In this document: positions 9,145-18,556 of the stretch, one piece after another
Position numbering within the stretch: the stretch's first letter is position 1
Layout: each line of letters opens with the position of its first letter
Assembly: GCA_963749705.1 (NCBI GenBank)
Contig: CAVVNQ010000006.1
Location: 160,001-224,000 of the forward strand
Source of the DNA: an uncultured Chloroflexia bacterium
GTDB taxonomy: Bacteria; Chloroflexota; Limnocylindria; Limnocylindrales; CSP1-4
Direction: 5' to 3'
DNA: 64,000 bases
Notes under the pieces: model-generated
Databases searched by the model: none
What the model was told of the DNA's origin: nothing
What the model saw: only the letters and a program-made list of their open reading frames with translations
Translations under genes and position numbers: made by a program

Positions 9145-9696
9145 GTGAAGCTCAGCAAGACCCTCGTGCTCCCCGTTGCAGCGCTGCTCGTCGTGAGCGC
9201 CGCCGGCGCGGTGTTCGCAACGACCGGCTCCCCCGCCCCGGCCGGGACCGACAACGTCATCCCGGCCGCAGACGCCACGCCGACGCCGGCCGCCTCGACC
9301 GCACCCGCGCCGGTCGCCAAGGACTCGCTCCTGTCGGACGTGCTCGACGGCCTGGTCACCAAGGGCACCATCACGGCCGGCCAGAAGACCGCGATCCTCG
9401 ATGCGCTGGCGACGGAGCGAACCGCCCGCCGGACGCTGCGGCAGCAGGAACGCCAGCAGCTCAAGGATTTCCTGTCCGATGGCGTCATCACGCAGGATGA
9501 GCTCGCCCAGCTGCCCGCTGACAGCCCGATCCGGAAGCTCACCGGGATCCTCGACGACGGCAAGATCACGGTCGACGAGCTTCGTGGCCTCCGGCGTGGA
9601 CTGCTCGGCGGCCGTGGCCCCGGCCGCCTTGGCGGAGGTGGGCTGTTCGGCGGCCCCAGGGCAACCCCCGCACCGAGCACGGGCACCAGCGGCTGA
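9145..9696 (+). CDS. Secreted hypothetical protein
   Basis: GGAGG SD, GTG start, signal peptide, Pro/Ala/Thr linker, repeated LVTKGTIT/LSDGVIT/LDDGKIT motifs. Confidence 0.75.
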   Translation: MKLSKTLVLPVAALLVVSAAGAVFATTGSPAPAGTDNVIPAADATPTPAASTAPAPVAKDSLLSDVLDGLVTKGTITAGQKTAILDALATERTARRTLRQQERQQLKDFLSDGVITQDELAQLPADSPIRKLTGILDDGKITVDELRGLRRGLLGGRGPGRLGGGGLFGGPRATPAPSTGTSG

Positions 9697-9720
9697 GCCG
9701 CTCCCGGCACTCGCGATCCT

Positions 9721-9753
9721 CATGGCCCGCCGGCAACGGCGGGCCATGCTCTT
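9721..9753 (+). terminator. Hairpin, probable intrinsic terminator
   Basis: Perfect 12-bp stem CATGGCCCGCCG-GCAA-CGGCGGGCCATG; weak U tract. Confidence 0.6.
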
Positions 9754-9837
9754 GCCTCCGCGACGGGGTGTCGCATCACGCGCCATCGCCGCGGTGGGTC
9801 CTCGCGGTGTCCCGGCCAGCCACGACGACGCAGGCGG

Positions 9838-10005
9838 CGTGGCCCGTGGCGCCACGAAGTCGCCGTCGGTGCGCCCGGACTAAGCGTTTGGCCGGGCTTC
9901 GTGGCTCGTGGCGCCACGAAGTCGCCGTTGGTGCTCCCGAATCAGCCCGGATCGAACGGTTTGGCCGGCCTTCGTGGCCCGTGGCGCCACAGAGTCGCCC
10001 TTCGG
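9838..10005. repeat. Three REP-like repeats with palindromic core GTGGCGCCAC
   Basis: CGTGGCYCGTGGCGCCACRRAGTCGCC three times, ~62-74 bp apart, with similar linkers (GTTTGGCCGG). Confidence 0.75.
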
Positions 10006-10165
10006 ACCCTGCCCGAGCTCGACCGGGGCGGATTCGGGGCCTCGCAGCCAACGGTCTCTGCTGCGCCGCGCAGGCCGCCGCCCCGCGCCGGCCGCCGACC
10101 CGCGCCGACGGGCAACGCCCCCGAGCAGCCTTCCGTTGCGTTTCGGTTGCGACGGCGCCCGGGGG

Positions 10166-10195
10166 TTGACGCGACCCCACCCGTTGCCCCATCCT
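10166..10195 (+). promoter_or_regulatory. Putative sigma70 promoter of the met leader
   Basis: TTGACG-N18-CATCCT, 10 nt before the leader ATG. Confidence 0.45.
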
Positions 10196-10205
10196 CCGGG
10201 GCCTG

Positions 10206-10292
10206 ATGAGTCACACCACCGTCTCCTGGTCGATGTGTATGCGTGGGCGGCCCCGCCGTGCGGAGGATGGGCGCCGAGCAATCCCGCGCTGA
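10206..10292 (+). CDS. Putative attenuator leader peptide MSHTTVSWSMCMRGRPRRAEDGRRAIPR
   Basis: ATG 10206 to TGA 10290-92; ATG-TGT-ATG at 10233-41; followed by antiterminator/terminator; too short for the ORF track. Confidence 0.65.
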   Translation: MSHTTVSWSMCMRGRPRRAEDGRRAIPR

Positions 10293-10333
10293 ACGTCAGC
10301 GAGTGACAGCGGGATCTCGGAGCTGAGGTCCCG

Positions 10334-10369
10334 GGGCCGCGAACCGATGGGTTCGTGGCTCTTTTGTTT
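10334..10369 (+). terminator. Intrinsic terminator (attenuator) in the metY leader
   Basis: GCCGCGAACC-GATG-GGTTCGTGGC followed by TCTTTTGTTT. Confidence 0.85.
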
Positions 10370-10460
10370 CTCCGGCATACACGACGGGTAGCCGCCGAGC
10401 TCGACCCTTCTGGGGCCCTCGACGCAATCCACACCCGCCGACCAACCGGAGAGACCCGCA

Positions 10461-11799
<1,339 letters not shown>

Positions 11800-11804
11800 G
11801 CGCC

Positions 11805-12944
11805 ATGGCGCCAACCGGCACGCAGTCCCCGGGGCGTACGCGCGCTCCGGGGACCTCGCCCTCGTCGCGGGGACCGGCCTCGCCCCCGCTGGGGACGGGG
11901 CGCATCCAGACCGTCGAACTAGGGGTAGGGGCTTTGGACCTCGACGCGGGCGGCCACCTGCCGTCGGTCACCCTCGCCTACCGCCACGACGGGCCGGGGC
12001 CGGATGCCCCACAGGTCCTCGTGATCCACGCGCTCACCGGCTCCGCCGACGCGGCCGGTGACTGGTGGGCGCCGCTCATCGGGGCGGGGCGCGCGTTCGA
12101 CACCACCAAGGTCGGCGTCCTGTGCGCCAACCTGCTCGGCGGTCGCTACGGCTCCACCGGGCCCACCTCGATCGATCCCGCGACCGGAGCGCCATGGGGC
12201 GCCTCCTTTCCGGTCGTCTCGGCTCGCGACGAGGCCCGCGTGCTGTGGGCGCTCGCCGACGAGCTCGACATCGAGCGGTTCGCCCTCGTCACCGGCGGTT
12301 CGCTGGGCGGGATGATCGCGCTCGAGGTCGCACTGGCGCGGCCGGACCGGGTCGGTCACGTGGTGCCCATCGCGGCGCCCGCGGCAACGACCGGGCTCGC
12401 GCTTGCCTGGAACCACATCCAGGTCGGGCTGGTGGACCGCTTCGGCGTCGAGGGCCTGAGCTTCGCGCGCCAGCTGGCGATGACGACCTATCGCTCGGAG
12501 GCCGATTTCGACCTCAGGTTCGCGCGACAGCAGGAGGAGGACGGCCGGTTCTCGATCGCGTCCTACCTCGACCACCAGGGCGCCAGGCTTGTCGACCGGT
12601 TCGATCCCGACACCTATCGCACCCTGGTCCGGATCATGGACGGGCACGACATCGGCCGCGGTCGGGGCGGAGCCGTGGCAGCGCTGCGGGCGCTGGCCGG
12701 CGCCGGGACGCTGCTGACCGGGCTCGCCGTCGGCGGCGACATCCTGTATGGACCGGACCAGGTCCGGGCGCTGGTCGCCGATGCCACGGCGGCCGGCGTC
12801 GATGCCCGGTATCTCGAGCTCAACTCCACGAAGGGGCACGACGCGTTCCTGGTCGAGTGGGAGCAGCTGACCAGCGTGCTGTCGGCTGCGCTCGCCCTCG
12901 GGCCTGCCCGCACCGGACCGCTCGGCGTCACCGGCGCGGCCTGA
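11805..12944 (+). CDS. metX: Homoserine O-acetyltransferase
   Basis: HALTG, GSTGP, GGSLGGM, ARQLAMTTYRS, SYLDHQG, GHDAFL; follows metY. Confidence 0.88.
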   Translation: MAPTGTQSPGRTRAPGTSPSSRGPASPPLGTGRIQTVELGVGALDLDAGGHLPSVTLAYRHDGPGPDAPQVLVIHALTGSADAAGDWWAPLIGAGRAFDTTKVGVLCANLLGGRYGSTGPTSIDPATGAPWGASFPVVSARDEARVLWALADELDIERFALVTGGSLGGMIALEVALARPDRVGHVVPIAAPAATTGLALAWNHIQVGLVDRFGVEGLSFARQLAMTTYRSEADFDLRFARQQEEDGRFSIASYLDHQGARLVDRFDPDTYRTLVRIMDGHDIGRGRGGAVAALRALAGAGTLLTGLAVGGDILYGPDQVRALVADATAAGVDARYLELNSTKGHDAFLVEWEQLTSVLSAALALGPARTGPLGVTGAA

Positions 12945-13025
12945 TCCGACCACGCGCGACCGGGCATGGTCGCCGGATACGGCTGCTGGAACCGGACGGC
13001 AGGTGCGGTAGAATCGCGCGGTCGC

Positions 13026-13100
13026 TGGCGCGTGGCCTAACGGTATGGCACCTGACTCTGGATCAGGGGGTTCCAGGTTCGAATCCTGGCGCGCCAGCCA
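13026..13100 (+). tRNA. tRNA-Gln(CTG)
   Basis: TGGCGCG/CGCGCCA acceptor stem, anticodon arm CCTGA-CTCTGGA-TCAGG, GGTTCGAATCC, encoded CCA; TAGAAT at 13009. Confidence 0.97.
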
Positions 13101-13102
13101 AC

Positions 13103-13150
13103 ACACAACCTGTGGTGCAGCCAACGTGGCTTGACCACCAGATGTTGTGG
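13103..13150 (+). promoter_or_regulatory. Tandem NrdR-box-like motifs overlapping TTGACC
   Basis: ACACAACCTGTGGTGC (13103) and CCACCAGATGTTGTGG (13135), 32 bp apart, versus consensus acaCwAtATaTwGtgt. Confidence 0.5.
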
Positions 13151-13190
13151 TTTCGACCCTCCTCGGACGCCACGCCGAGGAGGCCGCTCG

Positions 13191-14177
13191 ATGGCTAGTA
13201 CGCCTGACTCCTACCCCGTTCGTTCGCCTGATTCACGTAGGAATCGGCGCGCTTCGCTTGATTCTGTTGCCCCTGATCACTTCTCAGGCGGCGATCCGCT
13301 CGCCGTTGGGCTCGGCACCGCGGTCGATCTGTTCCTCGCGGCAAAGGCCGCCGAGGGCGCGTCGCCGAACACGGTCGAGTGGTACCGGATGATCACCGGC
13401 CGCGCCGTGCGCCGGCTCGGCCCCGGCCGGCCGCTCGACGGCGTCGGGGCGCCCGAGCTGCGCGCCTGGCTGCTCGAGCTGCGCGCGACGCTCTCCCCCG
13501 AGTCGATCGCCGGCTACGTCCGCGGCCTCAAGGCGTTCGGCAACTGGTGCGCGGCCGAGGAGCTGGGCGAGGCCGCCGGCTTCCGGGCGCTCCGGCGGCC
13601 GCGCGTCCCGCGCCGGCTCATCGCCCCCTTCACCGACGCCGAGCTGCAGCGGATGCTCGCCCTCGCCGAGCCCCGCGAGCGCGCCATCGTCCTGCTCCTG
13701 CTCGACACCGGGCTGCGGCTCGCCGAGGCGCAGCAGCTCCGGGTCGGCGACCTGCGGCCCGACGGGACGGTCCGGGTCATGGGCAAGGGCTCGAGGGAGC
13801 GGATCGTGCCCGTCGGCGCCACCGCCCGCCGGGCGGTCGTACGCTACGTCGCGGGGCGCGGCGCCGCCCGCCCGGGCGACGCGCTCTTCGTCGGCGCGCG
13901 CGGGGGGCCGATCCAGAGGCGCACCCTCCAGAGGGCGATCGCGGATCTCGGGCGGCGCGCCGGGGTCGGCACCCGCTGCAGCCCCCACACCTTCCGCCAC
14001 ACGTTCGCCCGCAGCTTCCTCGTCAACGGCGGCGACGTCTTCAGCCTGCAGCAGATCCTGGGCCACACCACGCTCGACATGGTCCGCCGCTACGTCAGCC
14101 TGACTGAGGCCGATCTCGTCGCGAGGCACCGGGCCGCGTCGCCGGCCGACCGGCTGGCGCGGGGCCGCACGGCGTGA
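13191..14177 (+). CDS. Tyrosine recombinase/integrase 1
   Basis: GAGGAGG SD; DTGLR, GKGSRER, HTFRH, LGH..RRY (catalytic R-K-H-R-H-Y intact); adjacent to tRNA. Confidence 0.93.
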   Translation: MASTPDSYPVRSPDSRRNRRASLDSVAPDHFSGGDPLAVGLGTAVDLFLAAKAAEGASPNTVEWYRMITGRAVRRLGPGRPLDGVGAPELRAWLLELRATLSPESIAGYVRGLKAFGNWCAAEELGEAAGFRALRRPRVPRRLIAPFTDAELQRMLALAEPRERAIVLLLLDTGLRLAEAQQLRVGDLRPDGTVRVMGKGSRERIVPVGATARRAVVRYVAGRGAARPGDALFVGARGGPIQRRTLQRAIADLGRRAGVGTRCSPHTFRHTFARSFLVNGGDVFSLQQILGHTTLDMVRRYVSLTEADLVARHRAASPADRLARGRTA

Positions 14178-14256
14178 CGGCCGAGGGTGCGCGGGGCGCA
14201 GCGCGGCGATGGTCCGGCGTCAGGCGAGCCGGCATCGGAACCCGTGCGCCGCCGCT

Positions 14257-15303
14257 TCAGAGGCGGTCGACAGGCGAGACCCGCCGGTGCACGGCGCGGA
14301 GGTCGTCGTCGAGCAGCCGGACATAGCGGCGCGTCACCTGCAGCGAGGCCGGGCTGTGGCCGAGGATGCGCTGGAGCGAGAAGACGTCGCCCCCGTTGGT
14401 CAGGAACGCCCGCGCGAAGCTGTGGCGGAGGACGTGCGGCGAGCAGCGCCCGGAAAAGCCGGACGCACGGCCGAGGCGCCGGACGAGCAGCTGGACGGCC
14501 CGCGGCGTCAGGCGGGCCCCTCGACGCCCGACGAACAGCGGATCGTCTGCAGAGAGTGGCCCGCGGGCAACGAGCGACATCCGGACGGCGCGCCGCGCCC
14601 GGCCGCCGAGCGGGACCACCCGCTCCCTCGACCCCTTGCCCATGACGCGGCAGCGCCCTTCAATGAGGTCGACGTCCCCGACCGAGAGGGACACGAGCTC
14701 GCCCAGCCGGATGCCCGTGTCGAGCAGCAGGAGCACGATCGCCCGGTCGCGGACCACGGCCTCGGAGCCGCCGTCGACCGCGGCCAGCAGCGCCCGCATC
14801 TGCGCGGCGGTGAGACTCGGGACCAGGACGTCCGGAACCCTGGGCGGCGAGAGCCCCGCGAGGGGGTCCGCGCCCAGCCCGAGCTCCCGCTGCAGCCAGT
14901 GGCCGAACGCGCGCAGCGTGCGGACGCGTCCGGCGACCGAGTTCGGCGCCAGGGGCCGGAGCCTCGCGGCCTGGGCCGCGAGCAGCCAGCGTCGAGCGGT
15001 CACGGGCGACAGGTGGCGCAGGGCTGCTGCCTCGCCGTCACGCGCCGCGAACCCTGCGAAGTCGTCGAGGTACGCGCGGTACCAGTCGATCGTGCGGCGG
15101 CTGCGGCCCGCGACTTCGAGCGCGGCCGTGTACTCCTCGATGAGTTCGCGCAGCGGGAGGTCACCGAGACCCGCGAACGACGGCGCCGCGGCCACCGGCG
15201 CCATCACTCCGCGCCCCGCGCGAGTGGGGCGGCGCGATGCCGTCGACCTGCCCAGATGGGTGCCCGAGTCCTTCCTGCTGGCGCTTCGTAGGTCATGGAC
15301 CAT
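14257..15303 (-). CDS. Tyrosine recombinase/integrase 2 (start uncertain)
   Basis: DTGIR, GKGSRER, HVLRH, LGH..RRY; paralog of integrase 1, convergent. Confidence 0.92.
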   Translation of the reverse strand: MVHDLRSASRKDSGTHLGRSTASRRPTRAGRGVMAPVAAAPSFAGLGDLPLRELIEEYTAALEVAGRSRRTIDWYRAYLDDFAGFAARDGEAAALRHLSPVTARRWLLAAQAARLRPLAPNSVAGRVRTLRAFGHWLQRELGLGADPLAGLSPPRVPDVLVPSLTAAQMRALLAAVDGGSEAVVRDRAIVLLLLDTGIRLGELVSLSVGDVDLIEGRCRVMGKGSRERVVPLGGRARRAVRMSLVARGPLSADDPLFVGRRGARLTPRAVQLLVRRLGRASGFSGRCSPHVLRHSFARAFLTNGGDVFSLQRILGHSPASLQVTRRYVRLLDDDLRAVHRRVSPVDRL

Positions 15304-15308
15304 GACAA

Positions 15309-16580
15309 CTACCGCCGCCCCGTTAGTTCTGTTAGTTCGGCCCGCCGGCGCAGGTACGAGCCGAACAGGGGCAGGGCGAAGTCATACGTGCCGCGCGTCG
15401 GCCGGTAGACGAGGCCGCGGTCGACGAGCCGCCGCACGACGACGTCGACGTTCGCGAGGTCGGCCAGGGAGCGGCGCAGGCTCAGCGCCGAGAGGCGCCC
15501 CCCGGCGCGGGCCATGGCATCGAGCACCCGCCCGCCGGCCACGCCGGCGACGAGGTAGCGGTCCTCGAAGAACGCGAGGTCGAGCTCGTGGAGCAGGCTC
15601 GACTCGAGCGCCTGGTAGTCCGTGAGCGTGACGTCGGCCCGGCCGACCCGGCTGCACAGGAAGCCGCCGAAGAACTGCAGGAAGTACGGATAGCCGCCCG
15701 TCCGCTCCACGATCTCGCCGACGAGCGGGAGATCGAAGGTGCGACCGCTGCCCGAGAGCGGGATCCCGAGTGCGTCCCACGCATCGCCGCGTTCGAGATG
15801 GCCGATGACCACGTGGCGGAACATCCGCTCGGCATACGTCCGCGCCCGCTTGAGGTTGAGGCTCAGGGTCGGCAGACCGCACAGGACCAGGCGCACCCGG
15901 CTCGACGTCCGCTGCGCCTGTCCGAACCCGGCCAGCAGCGACGAGAGCGGGTATCGCTCCTGCCGTCGGTCGTCGCCGAGCAGGTGGGCTTCGTCGTACA
16001 GGAACAGCACGCCCGGGACGTCCGTCTGCGCGAGCGCACCGTCGAGCGCTGCGAGCGCCGCCCGGATCGTCTCGGCCGCGTCGCGCGACTCGGCCTCGTA
16101 GGCGGGCTCGTAGCCCAGCTCACCGACCGAGAGGCGGCGGGGACGCACGTACTGCCACGCCCGCTCGATCGCGTCGCCCAGGCCCGCGAGCGCGCTGCAG
16201 CGCCGGACCAGGGCGGCGCAGTCGTCGGCGATCGCGTCGGCGAGCCGTGCGTCGTCGCGGTGGCGGTCGCTGAGCTCGCGCCCGAGGCACAGCCAGCCGG
16301 CCCGTTCCCCGCGCGTCGCGAACTCACCCAGCAGCACCGTCTTGCCGGTTCCCCGGATGCCGGTCAGCGTCCAGTTCGCGTGCGGCGGATGGGTCTCGCC
16401 GAGATAGCGCTCGAACTCGCCGAGGAGGACGTCGCGACCCGCGAGGTACGGCGGGGCAACGCCGTTGCCCGGACGGAACGGGTTGGCGAGCTGTTCGGTT
16501 CGAATGGTCGAATTGAGATCTGTCACATTGAGATCCTTGACCGCGATGCGGAAGCTGAGGCGGCTGCCAAAGCGCCCCAT
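15309..16580 (-). CDS. AAA-family P-loop ATPase with probable C-terminal winged helix (start may be GTG 16526)
   Basis: NPFRPG..PPYLAGR, GIRGTGKT Walker A, LFLYDEAH Walker B, TGGYPYFLQ, LVDRGLVYRPTRGTYDFALPLF. Confidence 0.88.
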   Translation of the reverse strand: MGRFGSRLSFRIAVKDLNVTDLNSTIRTEQLANPFRPGNGVAPPYLAGRDVLLGEFERYLGETHPPHANWTLTGIRGTGKTVLLGEFATRGERAGWLCLGRELSDRHRDDARLADAIADDCAALVRRCSALAGLGDAIERAWQYVRPRRLSVGELGYEPAYEAESRDAAETIRAALAALDGALAQTDVPGVLFLYDEAHLLGDDRRQERYPLSSLLAGFGQAQRTSSRVRLVLCGLPTLSLNLKRARTYAERMFRHVVIGHLERGDAWDALGIPLSGSGRTFDLPLVGEIVERTGGYPYFLQFFGGFLCSRVGRADVTLTDYQALESSLLHELDLAFFEDRYLVAGVAGGRVLDAMARAGGRLSALSLRRSLADLANVDVVVRRLVDRGLVYRPTRGTYDFALPLFGSYLRRRAELTELTGRR

Positions 16581-16679
16581 GGGCGCCTTCCAGAGCCGAC
16601 GTGCACCGTGCTGAGCGTGATCTCACCTTCGCTCGAGGTCAATGGCGACTGTGTACGGCAGTGTGTACGCCAGACAGTT

Positions 16680-17069
16680 GCGCGGCCGAGACCCTGTTCC
16701 GCGACTGGGACGATCTCACGGCCTTCTACGACTACCCGGCCGAGCACTGGATCCACCTGCGCACGAGCAATCCGGTCGAGTCGGTCTTCGCCGGCGTCCG
16801 GCTGCGGACCAACGTGTCCAAGCGGATGCGTCGGCGCGACTCGGCCCTCTACCTGGTCTTCAAGATCACCCAACGGCTCGAGCTCGGCTGGCGACCGCTC
16901 AACGGCGGGCTGACCCTGATGACCCTCCTGCTGCGTGGTGCCCGCTTCGTCGACGGAATCTACATCCCGGCCGACATCGAGCGTCCGGACGACCCCGGAG
17001 AGGAGGTATCCGCGGCCTGATTCTCACGTTCGTTCGGAAGGGTGTTTCCACTCAACTTGACGAGGGCTC
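16680..17069 (+). mobile_element. IS256-family remnant (transposase C-terminus and right end)
   Basis: RDWDDLTAFYDYPAEHWIHLRTSNPVESVF, stop at 17020; end-like CCACTCAACTTGACGAGGGCTC. Confidence 0.85.
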
Positions 17070-17361
17070 GGGAGGAAGCTCCGGCTGGTGTCGCTTGGAC
17101 AGTCCCATGTTCGACCGTCAGTCATCAGCGTTCCGGTGCCTGCGGCCCGACCGGGCGCGTCGACGCTCGGATCCGGGCGTCGCTTCTGGGACGGCGAGGT
17201 CGGAGGCCCAAGTGGGCTTGCGCCTCCTATAGCGACCTCAGCGTGGCGGAGATCCGGCTGGCACCCTCTCGCAGCTGACGGCACACGTCGTCGAGGATCA
17301 GTCGCTCCTGGCATCGCGACACCGCCCTAACCTTGCATTCCCATGCCCCAAATCCTCCGGC

Positions 17362-18498
17362 CTAGCCATGGGCCGCCCTTTCTCCGATCACGGCCGATAC
17401 GGCGTCGACCACCGTCTGCGCTTCACCTTCGTTCAATGTGTCGGGGGTCATGTAGAACATCTCGTCGCCCCCAGCCAAGACCGCGACCCTCGGGTTGCGG
17501 TCCCACAGGGCGTCTACGACATCCTTTGCGCTGAAGCCGAGTTCCAGGCGCGAGACGGTCACGCGCAGCCTCGGAGTCGGTTGTCCTGCCTCATTGGGCC
17601 ATGCGCGCTCCGCGCGCACGCCCGGGAGCTGCGACAGCTGCCCAGCCCATTCGGCCACGGTTGCCTCCCACCGAGCGAGTAGGGCTTCGTGATCCAGCGC
17701 GACGTATCGGCGAACCGCGGCAACGAGACCGGCGATCTCCTCCTTGCCGACCTTCATGGATCGGACGAGTCGCTGATTCGGGGTCCCATTCGCCCGAGCC
17801 GCCGCCACGAGATCGGCGCGTCCAAGGAGCAGCCCGCTCGCCTGAGGGCCCTTCAACGCTTTGCCACCGCTGAACACGACGAGGTCCGCTCCACAATCCC
17901 TGGTGAAGTACCAGAGATTGCTCGCCGGAGGTACCTGCGCCGCCGCATCGACGATGACGGGCACCCCGTGTGAATGGGCAATGGCAACCGTCTTGCGCAA
18001 ACTCAAGCTCGCTGGCGGGAGGTGGCTGCCGGCCACCCACACAACGGCCGCGGTTCGATCGGTGAGTGCACTCTCGAGCTCCCAGTCGAACGTTTGGAGA
18101 ACGTTCCCGATCTCCACGATCTTGCAGCCCACGAGATCAATTGCGCGGTCGTAGGGGATCCGGTGGGCACGGTGCATCACCACGTCCGTTCGCAGTCCCG
18201 TGCCTCCAGGCATCGCGGCGATCGCGGCCGGGTCGCCGCCGGTGACGCACGCGAGGACGCCATGAGCGATCGCCGCCGCGGCGCCACAGGTAACATAAGC
18301 GGACTCGTTGCGGGTCAGACGTGCCAGCTCCTCTCCCGCCAGCACGAAGAGCTCGTTCATGTCCACCTGATAGCGCGACGCATCGGCCATCGCGCGCACG
18401 ACCTCTTCCGGCAGGGTCCCCCCGCCCAACGCGGTCAGAGTCGCTGCGGCGTTCAGCACCTGCCGAGCGCCCAACGCGCCGACTTGCTCGCTAGTCAC
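17362..18498 (-). CDS. SelA-like PLP enzyme (DgaE, D-glucosaminate-6-phosphate ammonia-lyase family)
   Basis: LNAAATLTALGG, VDAAAQ, FSGGKALKGPQASG, RSMKVGKEEI. Confidence 0.85.
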   Translation of the reverse strand: MTSEQVGALGARQVLNAAATLTALGGGTLPEEVVRAMADASRYQVDMNELFVLAGEELARLTRNESAYVTCGAAAAIAHGVLACVTGGDPAAIAAMPGGTGLRTDVVMHRAHRIPYDRAIDLVGCKIVEIGNVLQTFDWELESALTDRTAAVVWVAGSHLPPASLSLRKTVAIAHSHGVPVIVDAAAQVPPASNLWYFTRDCGADLVVFSGGKALKGPQASGLLLGRADLVAAARANGTPNQRLVRSMKVGKEEIAGLVAAVRRYVALDHEALLARWEATVAEWAGQLSQLPGVRAERAWPNEAGQPTPRLRVTVSRLELGFSAKDVVDALWDRNPRVAVLAGGDEMFYMTPDTLNEGEAQTVVDAVSAVIGERAAHG

Positions 18499-18556
18499 TG
18501 GTGAAGGCTCCCTTCGTGTCGCGGCCGCTATCCAAGGCCCGTCCCGGCGTGCCCAT

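Noticed and set aside
9838-10005. CRISPR array
   Set aside because: Only three imperfect units, linkers resemble each other and vary in length, and no cas genes are present
10200-10370. SAM riboswitch or T-box upstream of metY
   Set aside because: No S-box ATCnAGAG/GGCAACC core and no T-box GGTGGnACC seen; leader-peptide geometry fits better (Rfam not run)
13075-13100. Duplicated tRNA 3' end (attR) inside the window
   Set aside because: No second copy noticed by eye; it may lie beyond base 64000 or the target may not be the tRNA
13191-15303. Integron integrase or prophage
   Set aside because: No IntI-specific insertion, no attC array and no phage structural or replication genes
17362-18498. 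True selenocysteine synthase selA
   Set aside because: Short, lacks the SelA N-terminal domain, no selB/selD/tRNA-Sec nearby; context is catabolic
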